Source: Candidatus Culexmicrobium cathedralense
Lineage (GTDB): Archaea > Thermoproteota > Methanomethylicia > Culexarchaeales > Culexmicrobiaceae
Length of the DNA stretch: 64,000 nt
Assembly: GCA_025061115.1 (NCBI GenBank)
Contig: JANZKC010000003.1
Coordinates: 160,001 to 224,000, forward strand
Reading direction: 5' to 3'
Positions 51,530 to 59,857 of the stretch are shown piece by piece. Every line of letters begins with the position of its first letter. The stretch's first letter is position 1. The notes under the pieces were generated by a model. It saw only the letters and a program-made list of their open reading frames with translations, did not search any database and was not told the origin of the DNA. The position numbers were made by a program, and so were the translations under genes.

Positions 51530-53329
51530 ATGGCTGATTCATATAAAATTTTGAATGAGGAATTTTCAATTCAAGAGCTGATGGATTTTGTAAGCGATTT
51601 AAGCCGCTTTCATAGAATTCAAGGCTGCGATGAAATAGAGAAAGCTGGGAACTATATAAAATCCATTATTGAAAGCGAGGACGTACTTGATGTGGAGTTG
51701 AAGCACTATAGTTACGGTATTAGGCATGGTTCTTTTGGACCAGTTGTAGGCTGGTGGATTAAGGGCGGAGAGCTCAGATTGATCAAGCCCCGAGAAGAAC
51801 TTTTACACAGCTTTAAAGATTCAAGGACGCTTGTAGCAGCTCATAGCCCTGGCGGAATAGTTGAAGCTGAAGTTTTGCATATTGGAGACGGAGAAGACCC
51901 ATCAAGCTACAATAAAATCGATGTTGAAGGCAAAATCATTCTAGCTTGCGGCTATGCATACATTGTTTATAGGCAAGCCACACAGAACGGTGCAGCTGGA
52001 GTTTTAATTTATAGGAAAACAGGAATAGAAGATGCAGTTCCATATATGGGTTTATTTCTAACTCCGGAGGAAGCCAAGGAATCAAAAGCTCCAGCACTAG
52101 TAATATCCAAAAAAACAGCTAATAAACTTATTAAGCTAATTGAAAAGGGCGAAAAGCCAGTAGTAAGAATCACCGTAAATGCTGGTTATAGAGAGGAAGC
52201 TTGGATACCAGTAGTTACAGCTAAGATAGGGGAAAGTGAAAGCGAAATTCACCTATGTGCTCACTACTGTCACCCGGCTGGAACAGTCAATGATAATGTA
52301 AGTGGAGCTGCCTCTCTAATGGAATTAGCTCTAAGCTTAGCCAGGGCAATCAAGAATAAACGATTAGATAAGCCAGATAAACACTCAATAAGATTTCTAT
52401 GGGTCCCAGAATTCGCGGGGACATTAGCGTATATGATTAATGATAAACCACAAGTGGTTTTCAGCGTAAATCTAGATATGATTGGAGAAGAACAGCAGCT
52501 AGCAGGATCAACCATAAACTTCGTAAAGCCTCCTCCAAGGCTATTCCACCCATATGAAGCCGTAATTTATTACAACTTGAAGAACGCACTATCACTAAGT
52601 GAAAGCTTCTCATCCCCAAGAAAAGCTCTAGCCTACCGATTCGACATCGTACCATACGAATTTGGAAGCGACCATGATGTATATGTGCAATTCAATGTGC
52701 CATCAATAATGATTAATCAGTGGCCAGATAAGTTCTATCATAGCGATCAAGATACGATAGACAAATTCGACCCACAGCTAGCTAAAATAATCTCAACCTC
52801 AATTGGCTCCGCAATTTACATGATATCAAAAACAGGACATGAAAAGGAAATTCAAAAACTAGTTAAAAGCTACTTCTACAATTACATTGGACTTGAACTA
52901 TCTGCAACCCATAAGGAGCTATTCGAAGCAAGGTACAAATACATAATCAAATCAATTGGAAGCAAAGTATTAAGCGAAGTACCAGACAAGACAATCAAAA
53001 AGCTGATGGAAGCAATTGAAGAAGAATGCGAGAGCCAAAGTGATAAAGAGAAATACGTATATAAAGAGCCAATAGGCGTATTGTCCTCAAGGCTCATTTA
53101 TAGGCGAATGGGCTGGGAAGGCTATAAAGCACTAAAGGAAATTACTGAAAAGGAAAAATTCATGAGAACAGTCATCAGCAGCTTAATTCCACTATACATG
53201 CGGAATCCAATTAGCATAAGTAGACTCGCAAAAATGATAGAAGAGGATTACGGAGTTAAAGTGAAATTGGATTTACTGAGAAAAACAATTGAACTATTAA
53301 TCAAAGCTAAAATAATCGAGAAAAAATAA
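51530..53329 (+). CDS. M28-family aminopeptidase with PA domain (DUF4910-like)
   Basis: HRIQG, CAHYCHP, NDNVSG, VPEFAGT, NLDMIGE, GSDH, FYHSDQD. Confidence 0.85.
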   Translation: MADSYKILNEEFSIQELMDFVSDLSRFHRIQGCDEIEKAGNYIKSIIESEDVLDVELKHYSYGIRHGSFGPVVGWWIKGGELRLIKPREELLHSFKDSRTLVAAHSPGGIVEAEVLHIGDGEDPSSYNKIDVEGKIILACGYAYIVYRQATQNGAAGVLIYRKTGIEDAVPYMGLFLTPEEAKESKAPALVISKKTANKLIKLIEKGEKPVVRITVNAGYREEAWIPVVTAKIGESESEIHLCAHYCHPAGTVNDNVSGAASLMELALSLARAIKNKRLDKPDKHSIRFLWVPEFAGTLAYMINDKPQVVFSVNLDMIGEEQQLAGSTINFVKPPPRLFHPYEAVIYYNLKNALSLSESFSSPRKALAYRFDIVPYEFGSDHDVYVQFNVPSIMINQWPDKFYHSDQDTIDKFDPQLAKIISTSIGSAIYMISKTGHEKEIQKLVKSYFYNYIGLELSATHKELFEARYKYIIKSIGSKVLSEVPDKTIKKLMEAIEEECESQSDKEKYVYKEPIGVLSSRLIYRRMGWEGYKALKEITEKEKFMRTVISSLIPLYMRNPISISRLAKMIEEDYGVKVKLDLLRKTIELLIKAKIIEKK

Positions 53330-53371
53330 TCATAATTATATTATTTTTATTTATTATAAGAGGATTAGAAG

Positions 53372-53551
53372 CTAATTATGAAAGTGCTTTTGAGCTGCTT
53401 TAACGAATGCATGCGCCAATTCCTCTTTATAGCCAACTAATATAACCTGTTTAATTGTTGTGCCACCATCAATATGGCGCTTCAATTCAAATACCATGAC
53501 ATTAGCAGCATTATCTGGAGACACACCACCCACACCAGTACCTAATCCTGG
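53372..53551 (-). pseudogene. C-terminal half of a macrodomain (ADP-ribose-binding) protein, cut at the element junction
   Basis: PGLGTGVGGVSPDNAANVMVFELKRHIDGGTTIKQVILVGYKEELAHAFVKAAQKHFHN*; macrodomain PxxGTGxxG motif; in-frame TAA immediately upstream and no start codon. Confidence 0.8.
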
Positions 53552-53621
53552 TTAGAGTAAAATCGAATTGTACCTTAATTTTTAAATACTCGATTTTGAG
53601 TAAAATATTTGGGGAATTATA

Positions 53622-54830
53622 ATGCTTGAAATCCCCCTAAACCCATACTACCTCAAGTGGATTGAATCTGATGAAAGCCTTAGGAAGCTCGCAACTCGAG
53701 TCTACTTGAAAAGCGGAAGCACAAGCACAGTAAGAACATACCTCGACGGAGTAATAATGCTCAGCAAATTTCTGGAAATGAAGCCAAGTGAAATTTTAAA
53801 GGCAAAACTAGACTGGGAAGGCATATTGAATGAATTTATAGCCTACCTAATTTATGAGCGCAAAACTGCAAGGGGAACAGCGCTTAACTACTTCAGCGGA
53901 GTAAAAAAGTGGCTTGAAATCAACTTACCCAAAGAAGACTGGTACTCAATAGACTGGCGAAGAATAGACAAGCCAAGCAAATGGAAAGTAGAGCGAGACA
54001 GAATACCAACAAGAGAAGACTTAAGATTAATATTAAAAGCAGCAAATCCAGCCTGGAGAGCAATAATAACATTAGCAGTCTCAAGCGGCTTAAGACAAGG
54101 AACAATCATAAACCTCAAAATAGGAAACATAAAAATCTACGAAAACGGCAAAATCAAACCACTAACAGAATATTTGAAGGAAAATAAGCCGCTAAGCAGC
54201 GAAGCCCTGGGCATTATTTTGGTGGAACCTGAAATCGCAAAGGAAAGGCCAGAAAAATACCTAACATTCTGCACAGCCGAAGCCCTAAAACACATCCTAA
54301 TGTACCTTAAAATCAGGATGAAGCGAGGAGAAAAACTAAGTGAAGATACACTGTTATTCGTCAACAGAAGCAAGCGCAAAATAAATCCACACACATTCAA
54401 ATACAACTGGCTAGACATCCTCGCAAGAGTAGATAAAAACGTGAAGCACCGCAAATGGCACATCTACCGATTCCACACACTCAGAAAATACTTCTCAACA
54501 TGGTGCAAACTTTCAGGTGTAGATCCCTGGGTAGTAGAAGCCTGGATGGGCCACAAAGCAGGGATCCACCAAGTCTACTTCCTATCAGGCATAGAAGACC
54601 TAGAAAACCCAGTCCTAATAGCCAGGCTAGCCGAAGAATACAGAAAAGCAGTTCCAACACTCACCATATTCACAGAAGAAGAAAAAATAAGAGAGCTGGA
54701 AAAGCGGCTTGAAGAGGAAATAAAAGCAAGAGACGAAATCATAAAAATGCTCAAAGAAGAACTAAAGCAACTGGAAGCTAAAATAGCTGAAATTGAAAGA
54801 AAAGCCAGAAACTCGAGCTATATGTGGTAA
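53622..54830 (+). CDS. Tyrosine recombinase/integrase
   Basis: SSGLRQG (R), FHTLRKYF (HxxR), WMGH, QVYF (Y nucleophile); C-terminal coiled coil. Confidence 0.92.
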   Translation: MLEIPLNPYYLKWIESDESLRKLATRVYLKSGSTSTVRTYLDGVIMLSKFLEMKPSEILKAKLDWEGILNEFIAYLIYERKTARGTALNYFSGVKKWLEINLPKEDWYSIDWRRIDKPSKWKVERDRIPTREDLRLILKAANPAWRAIITLAVSSGLRQGTIINLKIGNIKIYENGKIKPLTEYLKENKPLSSEALGIILVEPEIAKERPEKYLTFCTAEALKHILMYLKIRMKRGEKLSEDTLLFVNRSKRKINPHTFKYNWLDILARVDKNVKHRKWHIYRFHTLRKYFSTWCKLSGVDPWVVEAWMGHKAGIHQVYFLSGIEDLENPVLIARLAEEYRKAVPTLTIFTEEEKIRELEKRLEEEIKARDEIIKMLKEELKQLEAKIAEIERKARNSSYMW

Positions 54831-55066
54831 CTAATTGTCCAAAACTATATAACTAATTATTCAGTGAATGCAGATAATGATGCAAATTACATGAATATAT
54901 TTTATAGCATTAATGCTTATGGTGGCTTTAAAAGCAATAGCGACATTGAATCTTAAAATACCTAACAATAAATTTTTTACCGCCGCCGTAATAGGGCGAT
55001 GACCTCATGTTTTTGTATAAAAAGTGAAGTAAAGAATTTATACGGTAAGTCACACAAAGTTGAATT

Positions 55067-55176
55067 GGGCCGGGAGGGTCTCCCGCTAAGGCAGGGGCGG
55101 GGGTCATCGGCTGTTAACCCTTTCATCACAGTTCAGTTAGCTCAGCATTCGTCCTTTGCTTCGGGCCCTCCGGCCC
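55067..55176 (-). ncRNA. Structured RNA: GC stem + bulge-helix-bulge motif enclosing a box C/D-like RNA
   Basis: GGGCCGGAGGG-CCCG-AAG-CAA-AGGACGA-ATGCTGAGCTAA-CTGA-ACT-GTGATGA-AAGGGTTAACAG-CCGA-...-CCTTAG-CGGG-AGA-CCCTCCCGGCCC; GC-rich island in an AT-rich spacer. Confidence 0.7.
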
Positions 55177-55207
55177 ATTACCATCATTAATTTAAAATTA
55201 ATGGGAA

Positions 55208-55220
55208 GGATATAAGTTTG
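55208..55220 (-). promoter_or_regulatory. BRE/TATA-like promoter for the structured RNA
   Basis: CAAACTTATATCC on the minus strand, about 35 nt upstream of the RNA 5' stem. Confidence 0.45.
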
Positions 55221-55545
55221 CATTGACTATTTTATCGCAAGGTGATGATGTGAAACTTCCATCAAAATTTACATTTCACATGAAAAATTTAAAGACTAAA
55301 AATTTAAATAGGCATCATCAGTATGGAGGTTGGATTCTCCTCCAACCTTATAAAAGGAACTACAATCCATTCAAGCCCAACCCAATTTGCCAGCACAACC
55401 CTTTTTGTTGCCCTAACTGTTGCAGGTGGATCTCTAAAGAGAATTAGTAAATTTTAGTACTCTAGGCATCAAAAAGTTTTACATTATTATATCCAAAGAA
55501 AAATGAGGAGTTTAACTGGTCTTCACATCAACTTGCTGGAGAGTT

Positions 55546-55818
55546 TTAGCATTCTTTCTGTTCCTTCTTCTTCAATTCAGCGCACTCCATTATTATTTTC
55601 TTGATGCTTGGAAGGTATGGGCAATGTTTAGTTAAAACATCAAAAAAGCACTCTCTAACGCTGATGTATATGTCCCACAAGATCTCTTTCCTTACCACTT
55701 CAAGAGGTATTTTGTATACTTCCGCCATTTTAAGCACTTCAGCGATGTAGTCTAGCATTTGAAGCTGCGCTTGAAGCCAAATTACATCAATAACCTTTTC
55801 CTTGAGAAACATAAACAT
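55546..55818 (-). CDS. Hypothetical protein
   Basis: 90-aa ORF with GGTGA RBS. Confidence 0.6.
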   Translation of the reverse strand: MFMFLKEKVIDVIWLQAQLQMLDYIAEVLKMAEVYKIPLEVVRKEILWDIYISVRECFFDVLTKHCPYLPSIKKIIMECAELKKKEQKEC

Positions 55819-55896
55819 TATAATATCACCATATTAGAATATGAGAATAATTATATTTAAATATTATCATACAGTAATATTGGAGTAGTGATAGTT

Positions 55897-56046
55897 ATGG
55901 CTAAGATAAAGACTTGCTTCACAATCGATGAGGATCTATACAAAAAGTTCCAAATCTTCGTGATAATGAAGCATGGAACTAAGAAGAAAATAAGCTTCGA
56001 AGTAGAAAACGCATTAAGAGAATACCTGGAAAAACATGAAAAATAA
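55897..56046 (+). CDS. Ribbon-helix-helix (CopG-like) DNA-binding protein
   Basis: Manual: MAKIKTCFTIDEDLYKKFQIFVIMKHGTKKKISFEVENALREYLEKHEK. Confidence 0.7.
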   Translation: MAKIKTCFTIDEDLYKKFQIFVIMKHGTKKKISFEVENALREYLEKHEK

Positions 56047-56065
56047 GTATAGTAATGGTGAAATC

Positions 56066-56554
56066 ATGAGGGAGGATGATCAAAAACAGTACTTTCCAAT
56101 CATTAAAGAATGGTTAGAGAAGAATAATTATAAAGCTATAATTACAGGAGATGCGCATCATCTAGTAATACCAATTTGGGATATATTCCCCATAAGATCC
56201 CATGTAATCCCAGACGTTATAGGATATAAGGAAAATCCATTTCCACACCTCACTATAGTAGAAGTGGAAACAAAATTGGATAAAATATTTGAGGCCATAG
56301 GAAAGTGCATGATTTGGAAGACAATAGCAAGCATAGTTTTTCTAGCCTATCCTGAAGGATCAATCAGAAAGTTACCTGCACTTGAAAAATTAGGCCTAGG
56401 ACTAATCAGTGTATCCGAGAATGAAGTAAGAGAAATAATAAGCATTCTACCTAAAGAATCATTAGATGCTCATAAAATCTTAGAGTTACATCCCCTTTAT
56501 CACAATAAAGAGCAAGAAATTATTAGACGGATCAAGAATATAATTGAATTATAG
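56066..56554 (+). CDS. PD-(D/E)xK-fold nuclease-like protein
   Basis: IKEWLEKNNY, IPDVIG, IVEVET, AIGKC, LGLGLISV; GGTGA RBS before ATG 56066. Confidence 0.55.
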   Translation: MREDDQKQYFPIIKEWLEKNNYKAIITGDAHHLVIPIWDIFPIRSHVIPDVIGYKENPFPHLTIVEVETKLDKIFEAIGKCMIWKTIASIVFLAYPEGSIRKLPALEKLGLGLISVSENEVREIISILPKESLDAHKILELHPLYHNKEQEIIRRIKNIIEL

Positions 56555-56574
56555 CTGAAATTTTATTTTGAGAT

Positions 56575-57282
56575 TTATTCTTCAATCATTAGTCTGTAGA
56601 ATGTTATGTATTTTTTCGGGGCTCTAGGGAATCTAATGTACATTTCGCGAAGCTCATTTTTTGCCAGGACTTCAGCTATCTTGGTTTTCTTTATCACTGG
56701 ATCATCCCAGTATTTTTTTACTATCGCTTTTAACTGCCTCTTTGCAGATTCTAACTCTTTCCTTGTCAATTCATTTAGACTTTTATCGTAAAGCCAGGCT
56801 GCATAGTAGTGAATTATGCTTGGCTTGTGGTAAAGCTTACCTTCCTTCTTTAGTCTAGCCATTGCGTAGCGAGTTCTAAGGCTTACTTGTAGCTTTTCAT
56901 AGCTGCTGAACCATGACTTGATGAAAAGCCATAATTCACGTAGAAGTGGATCTCCTATTTCAGGCTCTCTGGCAAAGTCGATTAAGACTTTGTAGTTTTC
57001 CATTATTGTTCTGAGCCTATTTAATGCTTCAATTGGACTTGAAGCTCTATAAAATCTCGTGAGATCGTACATAATGATCACATCAATATTGGATGTTTTA
57101 ACGTACTCAAGCAATTTTTTGAAAATTGGTCTCTCCAGGGGATCTACGCTGCCACTAATATTTTCCTCGAAAATCTCGACCACTTCATAACCTCTGGATT
57201 GCGCGTAATTTAGCACTACTTGAAGCTGACTCTTGGGAGTTTGATCTTCGGTACTAACTCTAGCATAGATGACTGCCTTCAA
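56575..57282 (-). CDS. Serine recombinase (resolvase family)
   Basis: YARVSTEDQ, ENISGS, ERP, YDLTRFYR. Confidence 0.9.
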   Translation of the reverse strand: MKAVIYARVSTEDQTPKSQLQVVLNYAQSRGYEVVEIFEENISGSVDPLERPIFKKLLEYVKTSNIDVIIMYDLTRFYRASSPIEALNRLRTIMENYKVLIDFAREPEIGDPLLRELWLFIKSWFSSYEKLQVSLRTRYAMARLKKEGKLYHKPSIIHYYAAWLYDKSLNELTRKELESAKRQLKAIVKKYWDDPVIKKTKIAEVLAKNELREMYIRFPRAPKKYITFYRLMIEE

Positions 57283-57425
57283 GCATGTCCACCATTTACA
57301 ATAGTACCCTATTAGAATAAAAATATTTCTAAAGTCTTACTAAAGAAATAAAATCATGATTTTACTTAAGGGGACCCTAAAGAAAGCTGGAACTTCGCTT
57401 TCGCTCCATATATTGGGGGATAGCT

Positions 57426-58331
57426 ATGAGCAAGCGCAGGGAAGATCGCTTAGGCATAGTCTTAACATTATTTTTGTTGATAATTATTTCAAGCGTTTTA
57501 GTTTACATTTCAGCTAAATTTGCACCTAAAATTGCTGAGTGGGTTAAAACGTGGACTTTCCCATTTGGTAATGGACAATTAGTCATCACGGGGGTATTTA
57601 GAATACTGAGCGCTGATGGAAAAGTAATTGCTCAAGGGCCTATTGAAAGTATAAGTCAAGTAGAGTATGAGGGGAAGCCGGCAGCCACTTACCAGGCCAC
57701 CTTTACGGTGCTCATGAATGCAGGAAACATAGACCCAAACACTGTTCAAATTTCAGTTAAATTCTTTATGCTGTCGACTAAAGGGTTGGAAAGGAACTTA
57801 CACATCGAAAGCAAGCAGATATCATTAAAATGGAATGAAGATGGAACTTACAGCGGGTCGATTAGCTTCACATATGAGTACATCGTTAAAGATGCAGTTG
57901 AAGACATATTAACTGTAGATGGCATAGCATTGGATCAAGACTACCTGCTAGGCTTAACCCATCTATACCAATTCACCGTCACAGCAATGACAACTGATGG
58001 AAAACAGCTGAAAGCCGAAAAGCAACTAAAACACGAAGTAGCTTACAACGTAATAGCATATAAGCCCTTCCTAGACTTAGAAGTACTCTACGACTTCAAA
58101 ATAACTCAAGAACCAACATTAGAAACGGAAACAACTACAACTACGTCTAGCAGTGGTGGAGGCGGTGGAGGATCTACTGGAACATTCGACTATAAAGCAA
58201 TTAGCTATATTAAACCCTTAAGTGAAGTCCAAATGCAACAAAAACTCAAAACAGCAGGTATATTAACATTAGTGATAATCGCACTGATCATAGCAGTAAC
58301 ACTTGTAATGAGGAGCTACTCCAGAAGATAA
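57426..58331 (+). CDS. Surface-exposed protein with N- and C-terminal TM helices and a Thr/Ser/Gly linker
   Basis: Hydrophobic ends, beta-rich core, TTTTTSSSGGGGGGS linker. Confidence 0.7.
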   Translation: MSKRREDRLGIVLTLFLLIIISSVLVYISAKFAPKIAEWVKTWTFPFGNGQLVITGVFRILSADGKVIAQGPIESISQVEYEGKPAATYQATFTVLMNAGNIDPNTVQISVKFFMLSTKGLERNLHIESKQISLKWNEDGTYSGSISFTYEYIVKDAVEDILTVDGIALDQDYLLGLTHLYQFTVTAMTTDGKQLKAEKQLKHEVAYNVIAYKPFLDLEVLYDFKITQEPTLETETTTTTSSSGGGGGGSTGTFDYKAISYIKPLSEVQMQQKLKTAGILTLVIIALIIAVTLVMRSYSRR

Positions 58332-58589
58332 AGCTAGGAAATATGCTAGACGTCTAGAAAACGACAGGCAATAAATCAATTAAAACTCAAACTAAGTTAT
58401 TCGTACAAAGTACAAATATACAATAGCCACTAAAATTAGAAGTCATAAAGCGTTATTTTCATAAAAATACCTATCATCATTTTAATAAAGGCTGCAGTGT
58501 GTGGTGCTTCAAGGGTGGAGGGGCATATCACGAATTAGCTTAAACCACTTATAATAGCTTAAGATCAACCAGTCAGACTGAGTCATATT

Positions 58590-58982
58590 TCACAGCGTGT
58601 TCAATTCAGAGTCTTTAAAAGCAAAAAAGCATTCTTCACAAAGAAGGTAGAATTTACCTTCTATTTCTCCATGACATAGATCACATAATAATGATTTTCT
58701 ACTTGAATTTGTAGCCAATTGAAATTGCCAGTCTGGAAGATAAACAAAGTTGAATCTGCTTACCTTCATAATCTTTATTTTGAGCTTCTTCCAACCTTTT
58801 AAATCTCTTACTTTAACTCCTTTTTCTAGGTCTCTTATTCTTTTAATGTAAGTGTTGTAGTTAAACTTGCTTTTCAATCTCCTTCTTAAGCGCAAGTATA
58901 AATCGTAAAGTAGGATAGGGCGGCCAACCATTTTTAATTCATCAATAATGTGCCCATATGTAAGCTCGGTCAAGCGGGTCAA
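58590..58982 (-). CDS. Putative DNA-binding protein with C-terminal Zn finger
   Basis: Basic wHTH-like N-terminus; CDLC...CEEC. Confidence 0.6.
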   Translation of the reverse strand: MTRLTELTYGHIIDELKMVGRPILLYDLYLRLRRRLKSKFNYNTYIKRIRDLEKGVKVRDLKGWKKLKIKIMKVSRFNFVYLPDWQFQLATNSSRKSLLCDLCHGEIEGKFYLLCEECFFAFKDSELNTL

Positions 58983-59166
58983 AATAATTCACCATAATAG
59001 AAAGTTAACTTTCTATTATTTAAGCTTATGGTTCAAAGGTCATCATCAAAAAAGGATAAAATTTCTTGAAATATGTTCATACAATGAAAATTTTCAAATT
59101 ATTACTTCAATATGCACTATTATTTTCAATCTGCTTATTTTTCGCTTCTATTTATGGGTGAGTAAG

Positions 59167-59358
59167 ATGCGTAATTTAGGCAATTTAGAGGTAATTCGAA
59201 TAAGTAAGGTGTCAAGCAACGATTCCGTCCCACTCATATATTTGCCGAAGAAAGCTGTCGAAAGGATTGGACTGAGAAAAGGCGACTACGTTGTTCTTGC
59301 AACTGATGGTAGGAGGCTGATCATCGAAAAGCTGGAATTAAACAGTCAAGGAGGCTGA
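59167..59358 (+). CDS. AbrB/MazE/SpoVT-like DNA-binding protein
   Basis: IYLPKKAVERIGLRKGDYVVLATDGRRLIIEK; start revised to ATG 59167. Confidence 0.78.
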   Translation: MRNLGNLEVIRISKVSSNDSVPLIYLPKKAVERIGLRKGDYVVLATDGRRLIIEKLELNSQGG

Positions 59359-59364
59359 AGTGCC

Positions 59365-59475
59365 ATGCGCATGAAAGATAGGAAGATAATCACCATCAAA
59401 ATTGACGATCTGAAGGCATTGAAAGAGCATGTTCGAAAGTGTTTGAAGCTTATTGAGAAGCTTGAGGTGATGTAA
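59365..59475 (+). CDS. Small hypothetical protein
   Basis: Manual: MRMKDRKIITIKIDDLKALKEHVRKCLKLIEKLEVM; GGAGG RBS, fills the operon gap exactly. Confidence 0.45.
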   Translation: MRMKDRKIITIKIDDLKALKEHVRKCLKLIEKLEVM

Positions 59476-59476
59476 A

Positions 59477-59851
59477 GTGAGTACTAGCTTAAATGTTGAA
59501 AAGCTCAAGTTAGAGGCCCAGATCCATGAACTTAGGCAAATAATTTCAATACTTAACAATAGGCTGCAAGCGCTTGAAAAAGCTTTGAAGTCAAGTGGAG
59601 TTGAAATTGTCACTTTGAAAGTTGAGCCGCCAATTGATGTTGAGAGCAGGCTTTTAAAATGGCTATGTCGCCGAATTTTAGATCCTCATAAAGAGAAGCA
59701 TGGAATCCAGTATAAACTACGATTTATCGCTGGGACAAACCTCGTTCAAGAGATCGTACTTTGGATTCCTCAAGGTAAGCAGGAACACCTCGACGAGATC
59801 AAGACCTGTTTGAAATGGGTTTGTAAAAAAGCTGCAAGTGCGGGGTGTTGA
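59477..59851 (+). CDS. Hypothetical protein with N-terminal coiled coil
   Basis: Heptad pattern LKLEAQIHELRQIISILNNRLQALEKAL; GAGGTGA RBS. Confidence 0.6.
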   Translation: MSTSLNVEKLKLEAQIHELRQIISILNNRLQALEKALKSSGVEIVTLKVEPPIDVESRLLKWLCRRILDPHKEKHGIQYKLRFIAGTNLVQEIVLWIPQGKQEHLDEIKTCLKWVCKKAASAGC

Positions 59852-59857
59852 AGAGGA

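Noticed and set aside
54981-55000. GCCGCCGTA, matching the usual 5' end of archaeal tRNA-Asn, as a tRNA fragment or att site
   Set aside because: Only 9 nt and not followed by a D-arm; cannot be separated from chance, although its proximity to the tRNA-Asn-complementary RNA is noted
55067-55176. Plus-strand tRNA-Asn gene (contains CGGCTGTTAACC and TAGCTCAG)
   Set aside because: The segments are in the wrong order, there is no T-arm (GTTCRA) and the anticodon stem is incomplete; the minus-strand C/D and BHB reading fits better
54999-55447. ORFs 54999-55190 and 55223-55447
   Set aside because: No recognisable motifs; the first overlaps the structured RNA
58130-58175. ACAACT/GGTGGA low-complexity repeat
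   Set aside because: Explained by the Thr/Ser/Gly protein linker
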